Assembly (NCBI GenBank): GCA_965178125.1
Contig: OZ237754.1
Coordinates: 682,001 to 746,000, forward strand
Reading direction: 5' to 3'
Length of the DNA: 64,000 nt
Source of the DNA: Bilabrum cf. latius
Lineage: Eukaryota
The number at the start of each line of letters is the position of its first letter. The first letter of the stretch is position 1. A program made the position numbers and the translations under genes. Positions 1-10,700 of the stretch are shown one piece after another. Under the pieces are notes generated by a model. The model worked only from the letters and a program-made list of their open reading frames with translations, had not been told where the DNA came from and did not search any database.

Positions 1-1
1 T

Positions 2-643
2 GCTTGGATCGCGCTAGAGCCCGCAGACAAGGAGAACGGCTGCATGCACGTCATACCTAGAAGCCACAAGCTAGGCCCGCGCCCGCACTACTGCGACCTG
101 GACTGCATGCTACATGATGACGAGTGGCTCGCGGCGGCAGCATCCTCATCGGCAGAAGAGTCCAAGGAGAAGGAGGGCAAGGAAGGAGGCGAAGAGGGCA
201 AGGAAGGACTAGGCAAGGAAGGAGGCGAAGAGGGCAAGGAAGGACTAGGCAAGGAAGGAGGCGAAGAGGGCAAGGAAGGACTAGGCAAGGAAGGAGGCGA
301 AGCTGCCGATTCTCCGCCACTGGAAGGCATCGTGGAGGTAAAGCTGGACCCGGGGGACGTCCTCTTGTTCTCTGATCTGATCTTCCACGCCACGCCCCCG
401 AACGATTCGGACCGTGGGCGCACTGCGCTGCAATTCCACTACAGGGCCCCATGGGCGGAGGAGATATCGCTGGAGGAGCACGGGAAGATCTTCCACGACG
501 AGAGAGGGACGGCCAGCTGCATCACCACGAGGCCAATGAGTGACAGGCCGGCTTTATCCAACGTGGACGGCATCACTGCAAGCGGCGTGGGTGCCGCGGG
601 CGCTGCTGAGGGGGGATGTGGGTCCGAGAATGCGCCCACTTGA
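2..643 (+). CDS. Phytanoyl-CoA dioxygenase (PhyH) family Fe(II)/2OG dioxygenase, 5'-truncated by window edge
   Basis: Frame from nt 2 reads AWIALEPADKENGCMHVIPRSHK...VKLDPGDVLLFSDLIFHATPPNDSDRGRTALQFHY, the typical PhyH motifs (W-I-A-L, NGC-x-x-VIPGSH, GD-x-L-F...H...N-x-S...R). Ends at TGA 641-643. Confidence 0.85.
   Translation, partial: AWIALEPADKENGCMHVIPRSHKLGPRPHYCDLDCMLHDDEWLAAAASSSAEESKEKEGKEGGEEGKEGLGKEGGEEGKEGLGKEGGEEGKEGLGKEGGEAADSPPLEGIVEVKLDPGDVLLFSDLIFHATPPNDSDRGRTALQFHYRAPWAEEISLEEHGKIFHDERGTASCITTRPMSDRPALSNVDGITASGVGAAGAAEGGCGSENAPT
176..301 (+). repeat. 36-bp coding tandem repeat (GKEGGEEGKEGL x~3.5) inside the PhyH gene
   Basis: Unit ggcaaggaaggaggcgaagagggcaaggaaggacta at 176, 212, 248 and a partial copy at 284. 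Confidence 0.9.
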
Positions 644-795
644 CGCAAGCGTGAGAGATTCAGTGGTGCAGAGCGGCGCGGTGAACGAGCGGGGGCGTAG
701 TCGTACCACGTCTCAATTCTGTAAGTATGCTCGCGTGCGTGCGTGCGCATGCCAACTGGCGGAGTAACCTAGAGGACATCTTGGGCGAAACTCAT

Positions 796-1315
796 TCAGA
801 AACCACCGCGAAGTGCCAGCACCATATGCACAGTGTTACCTCCTGCAACACCAGCTGCCTCCATACTCTACGAATCGTCCATCTTCTTGCCCTTGAAAAC
901 CAATCGGATCTGCTTCGCATCAATCCCCTCCTTCTCCTGCAGGCTCAACTTCAGCTCTTGCATCGTTGTCGTTCCCTCCACCTCCATAGGTGACTTACGT
1001 CCAGACAGAGTCTGCGAAGCCATTGAATACATGAGGGCGTGACGGTGGAGTGGCGTTCTGGCACTGCTCAAAATGCAACAACTTGGAAGCAAAGAGACTG
1101 CCACGAAGGGCCCTGGAGATTCAGGTGAAGACTAAACTGAAACTGGTCGAGTCGATGTGGTGTCATTGTTAGTTTCACGATATCAACCAGGTTTGCGCAA
1201 CGCGAGAACGCATCAAGGCCATGGCCTGTTGCTCTATTGAGCGATTAGCTTGTTCTTTTAAACGGACCATTGGTAGTTCACTGCATTTAATTCTTACCTT
1301 TACAAAAATCTGCAT
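796..1315 (-). CDS. NEDD8: NEDD8/RUB1-like ubiquitin-family protein (77 aa, 2 exons, 1 in-frame TAG)
   Basis: Exon 1 1315-1298 (MQIFVK), GT-AG intron 1297-1012, exon 2 1011-796: TLSGRK...QIRLVFKGKKMDDS[TAG 868-870]SMEAAGVAGGNTVHMVLALRGG-F-TGA. A 76-aa Ubl ending LALRGG (Ala72, NEDD8-type) forms only if TAG is read through. Confidence 0.8.
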
Positions 1316-1448
1316 GTTGTGATCTTTGTCGCAGCCAGTGTGCTGGTTCCAGATTGATTTCGTAAAAATCTGTAAAATCAATTGTAAAGTCCTGTTTTGC
1401 CAGCGTCCCGACGGCGGTCCCGATGATGCTCTTGTAATCTGCAAACCA

Positions 1449-3440
1449 TCACTTCCCCATGCAGAACTCTTTAAATACCACGTCTAAGACATCCTCAGCG
1501 TCGATATGCCCCAGCAAGGCACCAAGCCTGCCAGCACACGCCCGCAGCTCCTCCGCGACCGCCACGAGATCCCCCTCGGCACCCCCCAGCGCAAGCGCCC
1601 TCTCCACGGGGTCCTCCAGCCCAAGCCGGAGACGGTCCTCACCCGCGGCATTTTCCAGCCCTAGCAATGCGGCAGCAACTGTCGCGTGATGCAGCGCAAG
1701 CCGCACGGATTCCCTGTGTCTTTCTCGCAGAAGCAGACGCCCATCCGTCTCAGCGGAGTGGCCAGCGGCGGCTGCAGCAGTGGGTGAGTTTGCGTTGGCC
1801 GACGCGCTGGCCAGCAGCTCAGCCAGGCCGGTCACCCCTCCTTCCTGTTGAGCACTGGTTGCAACCGCCCCCAGCACCTGCAACTCGCTGGGAATCGGCG
1901 CATCAGCACCTGGCCCGCACGCGGCCGCAACAGCCAGGTCCCACTGGCGCCGCATGGTAGCCAGCAGCTCGGGCACCGAACCATCACGAACGTTCGCTTC
2001 AACTAGATCCGTCTTGCTCAGCACTAGCACAACTCCCCGGGAGCCCCCACCCCCACCCCCACCCCCAGCCCCGCATGCGCCTGCACCAACCCCTCCGATG
2101 GATCCACCCGATGCCCTCGCCCTCGCCCTCGCACAGGCATCCATGGATCGGATCCATTCCGAGCAGCCATCTAACCCCTTTGACCACCCACTGACGTCTC
2201 TGTAGTCCGCAACCACGACCACCATGTCCGCAGCGGCAGCCGCCTGCTAGGCCCTTCGTATCCCCTCGGCTTCCACCGGCCCGATCGGCTCAGCGCCCTC
2301 GTCGTGGTCCTGCCCCTGCTCGCTGGGGCTGCTGTCTCCAGGGCTCTATCTTTCTGACTGCTCCGTAGTGCGATCCACCAGTGTTCCCCGCATCCCGGCG
2401 GTGTCAAGCAGCCGAGCACCCGCTCCTCCCAGCTCCACGTGGGCCTCCACGGCGTCCCGCGTGGTGCCGGCCTCACTCGTCACGATGGACGCATCCCTTT
2501 GCAGCAGCGCGTTGAACAAGGAAGACTTGCCCGCGTTGGGGGGTCCCGCGAGCACCACAGAGTGTGACGAGTGCATCGAGGCTCGGTTCCTCAGCAGGGA
2601 GCTCGCCCTCAGGCTGCCCCCGAGCTCTAGGACCAGCCGCTTCACGATGGCACCCAGCTGTCCCTCGGCACCTTGTTCCCCAACGTCGGCCTCTTCGTCC
2701 CCGAAATCCAGGATGGCCTCCGTCATGGCGATCGCGCGGGTGGTCGCCTCCAGCCAGGCCCTTCCCTGCCGCTCCAGGGCGCCCTCCATAACGTGCATTG
2801 CACTGCGGCGCTGCTCCACCGTGTCGGCTTCCAGCAGGCTCCCAAGGCCCTCCACTCGAGTGAGATCGAGCTTGCCGTTCGACAGGGCGCGCCGGGAGAA
2901 CTCGCCTGGACGAGCATATCGCACGACGCCGTCCGTCTGACTCTGTACGTGGGGTTGGCACTGCAGAATTGCTTCCTCTACTGCATCACGGACGGCGAGG
3001 CTGCCATGGGAGTGAATCTCGAGCACGTCCTCGCCAGTGTAGGAGCGAGGACCAGCAAAGAATACGCCCATGCCCCGGTCGATCAATTCTTTCTTCGATG
3101 TTTCGCATGCCATTGATTCATTCGCAGCATAATATGCTAATTTGCTGGCTGGCTGCGCAGCTGGTTGGCCAAACTGGGAGCTACTCCCGACGATTGCAGT
3201 CGGCAGCAGGCGACCGGGCTACAGCAGAACTTTGCGCCCCCGCTGCAGCATTTCGTGTGCAATGCATGAAGCGCCTGGACCAGAAATTCTATGAATCTGT
3301 ACACCGTACTTGCCGGAACCCGTGGAGCACGCAAATATTGTATCTCTTGACGAACTGCTGGCGATGGAGGAGGAAGCTCTGTGATACTGGCATTTGAACC
3401 TCAACAGGCCCCACCACCTGAAGCGGCAAATTGCTTGCAT
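1449..3440 (-). CDS. GTPBP3: tRNA modification GTPase MnmE/GTPBP3/MSS1 (mitochondrial), single exon, 3 in-frame TAG
   Basis: One frame joins DTIFACSTG..IHRISGP, FFAGPRSYTGED, GPPNAGKSSL, AGTTRD, DTAG and the C-terminal FKEFCMGK-TGA. TAGs at 3219-3221, 2346-2348 and 2247-2249. The Arg/Ser-rich N-terminus resembles a presequence. Confidence 0.93.
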
Positions 3441-3619
3441 CAAATGATTTGCATCATAACATAGACAGAAGCTGCATGGTTTGGGAAAGGGTTTTCGTTC
3501 GAGAGAAGAAATCTATTTTGAGCTCCGGACGGCGTTTGAATTAAATTACAAAGTGCCCATTTTGTACCTAAACACGGGCAGTAAATTGCGTAGTATCTCC
3601 AGTCCTGGTTATAGTTAGT

Positions 3620-4032
3620 ATGGCTTCGAAGCGTGACGACCTGACACGTCCAAGTGCTGCGCCAACTGAACCAATTTTTGATGGTGATCACGTCGCCATT
3701 CTGTGCAACGGCTCCCCAGGCAAGCAAGAAGACAGACTGGCGCGATTAATTCGATTTTTGGGAGGCACATCAGAATTTACCATATCTGCATCGACCACGG
3801 TAGCTGTTGCGACTGGAATCGTATCTGAGCAAGATAGTAGGCGGGCTGGCGTGTTCGGACACAACATTTATGACAGCAACTACATACTTGCAAGAGTTCA
3901 AACGCAGAGCTCGTCTCTTCCTCCTGTGAGCTAATTTCCGACGTGTTTTCAACTCCAAGACCAGTGCGATACCATTTAACTGCGGTTCTGTTGCAGATCT
4001 CCACCGTGCGCAGGGCCCTTTCCTGCGAATGA
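3620..4032 (+). CDS. Small hypothetical protein, possibly BRCT-like (2 exons proposed)
   Basis: PIFDGDHVAILC...LARLIRFLGG...TTVAV resembles the BRCT pattern. Putative intron 3926-3996 (GTGAG...TTGCAG); exon 2 ISTVRRALSCE-TGA. Confidence 0.4.
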
Positions 4033-4357
4033 AGGCCGCAGAATCGTGGGCACACCCCGCCTCTGGAGTGCGCGAAAGCGATAAAGTAGTTGTTTCTTTG
4101 CCCCACGTAGCAGGTGCATCGATGCGCACAGCTGCTAGGGTCGCTGGCCGAGCGCCAGTGGTAGCCACCGGTCCGCTTGAGGCCGCAGCCATCACTGAGG
4201 GCTAGCTGAAGTGATGCGGAGAAGGCAACCCTTACCAATAGTGGTGCAGTGCGATTATATGATACATAACTAAATTCCTGTTCCAAGAGTGTCTGCCGGC
4301 TGGCTGGAATCAAAGGCACCCCCGCCAGTCGATTCGAGTCGATCGAGCAGGTCCTCA

Positions 4358-7300
4358 TCACTCGCTCGCAAAAGCATCGGCTCGGGGGAATGCACCTCGA
4401 GCAAGTGCGCGCAAGCTCCCCGCAGCCTCCGCTCCACCCTGGAGCCCGCCCAAGAACCGCACCGCCTCATCCGCCTCCTGCCACGTGCACCCGGCAGGAA
4501 GCGAGGACCCGTCCCCCAGCACCAGGCTGCAGGCAGCCAAGGCATCCTGCCCGCAGGCCACGGCAGCCCTTCCGCGCGCCAACCTCCACGCCAAGGAGTC
4601 CTTCCCTTCCCCACTCATCCCAGCCAGCGCACTAGACGCGTCCTTGGACCCGCCGGACACCCGCTCGTCCGCCAGAGCAGCCTCAAGCGCGGCCTTAGCA
4701 GAGGCTCGAAGCGGCTTGGCGGCCGTGGCACCGCCGCTGCCGCTGTCCCCGGCCGCCCCGCCAGTCGCGGCCCCAGGGTCCGCACCAGCAGCGGCGCCCT
4801 CCCCTGGTTGCTCCCTATCGAGCGCTTCCCTGGCAGCCTGCAGCACCCTCACGCGCAGCAGCGCCACTCTGGGGGAGGTTGGGCACAGCTCCTGCGCCTG
4901 CAGAAGCGCCGACACGGCCTGCAAGACCTTGCCTCGCAGCAGGGCCACGTCAACCTGGGCTTCCAGCGTGTCGATGGACGGCGATTCGTGCTGAGCGAGG
5001 TCTTTGGCCAGCTTGCCTGCGTACCCTAGCGGGTCCTTGGTCTCAAGCATGCGCCAGCCATCCACGTCCACCTCGGGATCCTTCAGCCCGAAGTTCTTCT
5101 CGGCAACCCTGCGAATACCCTTGTGTTGCTTCACTTGTTCCCTGTAGGCAGCGTCGTAGGCCGCTTTTTGTTCCCTGTCCTTGATCACCGCGAGACCGGC
5201 CGCAGTGAGGTGCTGCGCCTCGAGTGGTATCTCCTTGAGCAGCCCCTCCTGCTCCCGACTCAGGCGGATCATGCACCTGATCAGCCCCACCGCTGCCTCC
5301 TGCGGCCCCCTGAACTCTGCCAGCCCGTTCATCCAGCTCATCATCCTCTCGAAGTGTATCATGCGGCCCCCGCGCAGCGTGAAGTGGTGGAAATCCAGCT
5401 CGTCCTCCCGGAGCCGCTTCACGAAGCCCAGGCAATCCGCGTAGCACCGCAGTGCGATGCGCAGGGGCCCGTGCTGCTCGGCCATCTTCGCCAGGGCGAG
5501 GTACACCCAGAACACGTGGCAGTTCTCCAGCGTGGTCATCTGGTACTCCTTGCCGTGGACGAACTTGAACACGACGGCGCGCACCTCGTCCGCGGTGGCG
5601 GTCCCTGCCCTTGCCAGGTACTCCGCGTGCTTCGTGTTCACGTACCTGTCGTCTGCGTCCAGCGCCGCTGCAGTGGCAGCGCTCTCGGAAGCGGCCCTGA
5701 GGGCCCCCTGGTGCTTAAGGCATCGAGCCAGGGCGTGGTGCGCATCCGGCGAGGTGCTCGTGTGATCTACCGCCTCCCTGAGTACCTTCTCGGCCTCCGC
5801 GGAGCAGCCCCACCTGTCCAGGTGCTGCCCTTTCCACAGCAGAAGCAGGAACTGGTGCGCGGGGGTGATGGACAGGCTCGTGGGAGCCCCCTCGATGGAA
5901 GGCATGCCCGCCAGCAGCTCGTCCAAGATGCCTTCCAGGAGCGCGGCCTTGCCGGCCTGCGCCGAGCCAGCGGGCAGGTCAAGCCTCCCTCCGCCCCTGG
6001 CAGACTGTTCCCTAGGCGGGTAGAAGGACTTCAGGTCGGCCACCAGTGTCGTGGAGGACCGCTGCAGCTGCTTGAGCACGTAGTCTCGGAGCATGGGCCG
6101 GAACCCAGCGGAGGACGCAGGCAGCACGTCTAGCCTCACGCGGAGGAGGGCGCGGCTCGAGGGGAACTCCTTGCGGAACCCCTCGATTTCCTCAAGAAGC
6201 TTCCCGGACTCTTCCTCTGGCAAGGGGTCGTCGCACCCCCGCTGGGATAGATCGCGGTAGCTCCACCGACCGAGCACGCCGGCGGCAGGCGGTGCGGCGT
6301 CTGCGCTGCCCGCCGGTCCCGTCCTCCTGAGTCCAAACGCAGGCAGGGGCCTGCCAGTGATGGCCCTGCACAGCCCGGCGATGGACCCCCAGTGTTCGGG
6401 GTTGGACCGCAGCGTGTAGCGGAACCGACCCAGGGCTTCCTCGCGGCGCCCCAGGTGCAGCAGGCAGTGCCCCTCTTGCTCCCTGGCCAGCGTGCGGTTC
6501 TGGATGCGGCCGTGTGCCATGGCGGTCCGCAGCGCCTGCACCGCTGCCTCGTGCCTCCCCGCCCCGGCGAGAACATATGCCTTGTACTGCTCCAGCTGGT
6601 CGAGCACCCTGCAGTTGGTGGGGTCCTTCTTGAGCCACTCGTCCATGTCCAAAGAGGCAAGGTAGACGTCGATGGACTTCAGGGATAGGTCAGTGTTCCC
6701 CAGCATGTGAGTGGCGCAGGCGTAGGCGAACCAGTCGGTCGGCTGCGAACGGTGCTCCGAGGAGCTGAGGACCTCCATGATAGACTGGGACCAGCCGAGC
6801 ATGTCTCGAGTGAGCAGCTACAAGCCACCTAGATCGCGAAGTACCTGTGTGTTGCTACCATGAAGCCGCTTCGCTTGCTAATACCCCTTGAGGGCCACCG
6901 CGTAGTTGCTACGAGAGTTCGAAACCAGGTGGAATGGACGCGCTCTGCATTTGGGTGCTGGCGCAGTTCGCGATTGAGCCATCACTGTCAACCCAGTCTT
7001 ACCCTGCATTTCTGTTGATGATTCCATATATGTGCCACGGGTATACAGACTTTGGGGCAGTTCGCAAAGCAAGGTTGATTTGTTTCATGGCCTCAGCCGA
7101 GTTGCCTTTTCCATTGTGAAAGAGGGCTTTCATTGCCATGGTATCTGCGCAGCAATACGGCTATACATACTATTAATTATGAATATCGGGCGCTGGATCC
7201 TCGCGTGTGATTGGTCACTGGGCCATTCATTCGCTCACCTCCGTGCATGGGATAGGTTTTTAGGAGATCATCGCATAGACGCATGCCAGGGTCATACTAC

Positions 7301-7487
7301 TTGCTATCATAAAATTTCTGCGAATGGATAGGAGACAAATAGACGGGCAGTATAATGCGCAGTATGAGATGTGTAGTAACCGGCAGAGAGGACAACATCA
7401 ACATGAACCAGCCCAGCTCACAGAAAGCTGCAGGAAACGCCTGTGATCGGAGGCAGACAGCTTCTGCTCGGAACGTGTACCTGACAT
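4358..7487 (-). CDS. NAA15: N-alpha-acetyltransferase NatA auxiliary subunit NAA15/NAT1 (TPR), 4 exons, 3 in-frame TAG
   Basis: Exons 7487-7422, 7317-7239, 7144-7003, 6908-4358, all GT-AG. Motifs FYDSK[TAG]Y (KQY), HGDTMAMKA, WHIYG, LRDLGGL[TAG] (LRDLSLLQ), LDADDRYVNTK, EDELDFHHFTLR, VDVDG..L...KDPL. Ends TGA TGA. Confidence 0.93.
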
Positions 7488-7723
7488 AGTAGCAGCTTGT
7501 CGAAAGTGAGAAACTCAGCGAGATAGCTGCTAACTTTCGTGTTTGCTGGTGTGTCTGGTTGCGTGTAGTATTGATGTGAAACGAAGGTTCATCCACGAGG
7601 TTCGTTCGGCACTTCCGGTGTGCTCGACTCGGGCACTTCGGCTCTTGCAACACAATAAATTAAGGTGGGACTTTACGCGACTGATACCCGATAAGTTGCG
7701 AAATAATCTAAACTTGGCGAAAG

Positions 7724-10700
7724 ATGGCCGCACCGCCCCCGCCACCTGCTCCAGCGGCAGGCAAATCGAGCGGCTTGTCACCTCCGCCTGCACCGCCAGC
7801 AAGCAAACCGCCCATAGCAGGGCGAGAGCCGCCACTACCGGCACCACCAGCACCACGATCTGGTGCGCACGCATATCAACATCACGACAGCGAAGGAGAG
7901 AGTGACTTTGACGATGATATGAGCCTGCCATCGTCTGACGACATGTCGAGCGTGGGGTCTGTTCGGCAACGATTGGATCGGACACCACAGCTACAACCCA
8001 TGTCTCCATTAGTTCAGGGAACTTCGAACCAAACTACAGAAGTGACAAGTAAGGGCGATCCTATCACTGCACAGGAAAATATTCCAGGGGCTGAACAACC
8101 AAAGGATAGAACATCGGCCGAGTCAACAGCAGGTGGCACTGTGGCACACCAGGGACACAATCAAGTACAAAGCCCAGCTGACTACAACCTTGCTTCCCGA
8201 AACGCAAAACATGCTGCACCGCCAGCTCCGGCAGCGCCCGCCAAGACTGCGGCAAGGGCAGATGGGGCAGCACCGCCAGCTCCGGCAGCGCCCGCCAAGA
8301 CTGCGGCAAGTGCAGATGGGGCAGCACCGCCAGCTCCGGCAGCGCCCGCCAAGACTGCGGCAGGGGCTGGACCCGGTGCTGCACCGCCAGCTCCGGCAGC
8401 GCGCGCCAAGACTGCGGCAAGTGCAGATGGGGCAGCACCGCCAGCTCCGGCAGCGCCCGCCAAGACTGCGGCAGGGGCTGGACCCGATGCTGCACCGCCA
8501 GCTCCGGCAGCGCCCGCCAAGACTGCGGCAGGGGCTGGACCCGGTGCTGCACCGCCAGCTCCGGCAGCGCCCGCCAAGACTGCGGCAGGGGCTGGACAAG
8601 GTGCTGCACCGCCAGCTCCGGCAGCGCCCGCCAAGACTGCGGCAAGGGCAGATGGGGCAGCACCGCCAGCTCCGGCAGCGCCCGCCAAGACTGCGGCAAG
8701 TGCAGATGGGGCAGCACCGCCAGCTCCGGCAGCACCCGCCAAGACTGCGGCAGGGGCTGGACAAGGTGCTGCACCGCCAGCTCCGGCAGCTCCCGCCAAG
8801 ACTGCGGCAAGTGCAGATGGGGCAGCACCGCCAGCTCCGGCAGCGCCCGCCAAGACTGCGGCAAGTGCAGATGGGGCAGCACCGCCAGCTCCGGCAGCGC
8901 CCGCCAAGACTGCGGCAAGTGCAGATGGGGCAGCACCGCCAGCTCCGGCAGCGCCCGCCAAGACTGCGGCAAGTGCAGATGGGGCAGCACCGCCAGCTCC
9001 GGCAGCGCCCGCCTAGACTGCGGCAAGTGCAGATGGGGCAGCACCGCCAGCTCCGGCAGCGCCCGCCAAGACTGCGGCAAGGGCAGATGGGGCAGCACCG
9101 CCAGCTCCGGCAGCGCCCGCCAAGACTGCGGCAAGGGCAGATGGGGCAGCACCGCCAGCTCCGGCAGCGCCCGCCAAGACTGCGGCAAGTGCAGATGGGG
9201 CAGCACCGCCAGCTCCGGCAGCGCCCGCCAAGACTGCGGCAGGGGCTGGACCCGGTGCTGCACCGCCAGCTCCAGCAGCGCCCGCCAAGACTGCGGCAAG
9301 TGCAGATGGGGCAGCACCGCCAGCTCCGGCAGCGCCCGCCAAGACTGCGGCAAGGGATGGACCCGGTGCTGCACCGCCAGCTCCGGCAGCGCCCGCCAAG
9401 ACTGCGGCAAGGGCAGATGGGGCAGCACCGCCAGCTCCGGCAGCGCCCGCCAAGACTGCGGCAGGGGCTGGACCCGGTGCTGCACCGCCAGCTCCGGCAG
9501 CGCCCGCCAAGACTGCGGCAGGGGCAGATGGGGCAGCACCGCCAGCTCCGGCAGCACCCGCCAAGACTGCGGCAAGGGCAGATGGGGCAGCACCGCCAGC
9601 TCCGGCAGCGCCCGCCAAGACTGCGGCAGGGGCTGGACCCGGTGCTGCACCGCCAGCTCCGGCAGCGCCCGCCAAGACTGCGGCAAGTGCAGATGGGGCA
9701 GCACCGCCAGCTCCGGCAGCGCCCGCCAAGACTGCGGCAGGGGCTGGACAAGGCGCTGCACCGCCAGCTCCGGCAGCGCCCGCCAAGACTGCGGCAAGGG
9801 CAGATGGGGCAGCACCGCCAGCTCCAGCAGCGCCCGCCAAGACTACGGCAAGTGCAGATGGGGCAGCACCGCCAGCTCCGGCAGCGCCCGCCAAGACTGC
9901 GGCAAGGGCAGATGGGGCAGCACCGCCAGCTCCGGCAGCACCCGCCAAGACTGCGGCAGGGGCTGGACCCGGTGCTGCACCGCCAGCTCCGGCAGCACCC
10001 GCCAAGACTGCGGCAGGGGCTGGACCCGGTGCTGCACCGCCAGCTCCGGCAGCGCCCGCCAAGACTGCGGCAAGTGCAGATGGGGCAGCACCGCCAGCTC
10101 CGGCAGCACCCGCCACGACTGCGGCAAGGGCAGATGGGGCAGCACCGCCAGCTCCGGCAGCGCCCGCCAAGACTGCGGCAAGGGCAGATGGGGCAGCACC
10201 GCCAGCTCCGGCAGCGCCCGCCAAGACTGCGGCAAGGGCAGATGGGGCAGCACCGCCAGCTCCGGCAGCGCCCGCCAAGACTGCGGCAAGTGCAGATGGG
10301 GCAGCACCGCCAGCTCCGGCAGCGCCCGCCAAGACTGCGGCACGGGCAGATGGGGCAGCACCGCCAGCTCCAGCAGCGCCCGCCAAGACTGCGGCAAGTG
10401 CAGATGGGGCAGCACCGCCAGCTCCGGCAGCGCCCGCCAAGACTGCGGCAGGGGCTGGACCCGGTGCTGCACCGCCAGCTCCGGCAGCGCCCGCCTAGAC
10501 TGCGGCAAGGGCTGGACCCGATGCTGCACCGCCAGCTCCGGCAGCGCCCGCCAAGACTGCGGCAAGGGCTGGACCCGGTGCTGCACCGCCAGCTCCGGCA
10601 GCGCCCGCCAAGACTGCGGCAAGTGCAGATGGGGCAGCACCACCAGCTCCGGCAGCGCCCGCCAAGACTGCGGCAGGGGCTGGACAAGGTGCTGCACCGC

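Noticed and set aside
1449-3440. MnmE/GTPBP3 as part of the UAG-recoding machinery
   Set aside because: It is the ordinary mitochondrial U34-modifying GTPase. A CUA anticodon needs no U34 modification, so its presence here is coincidental.
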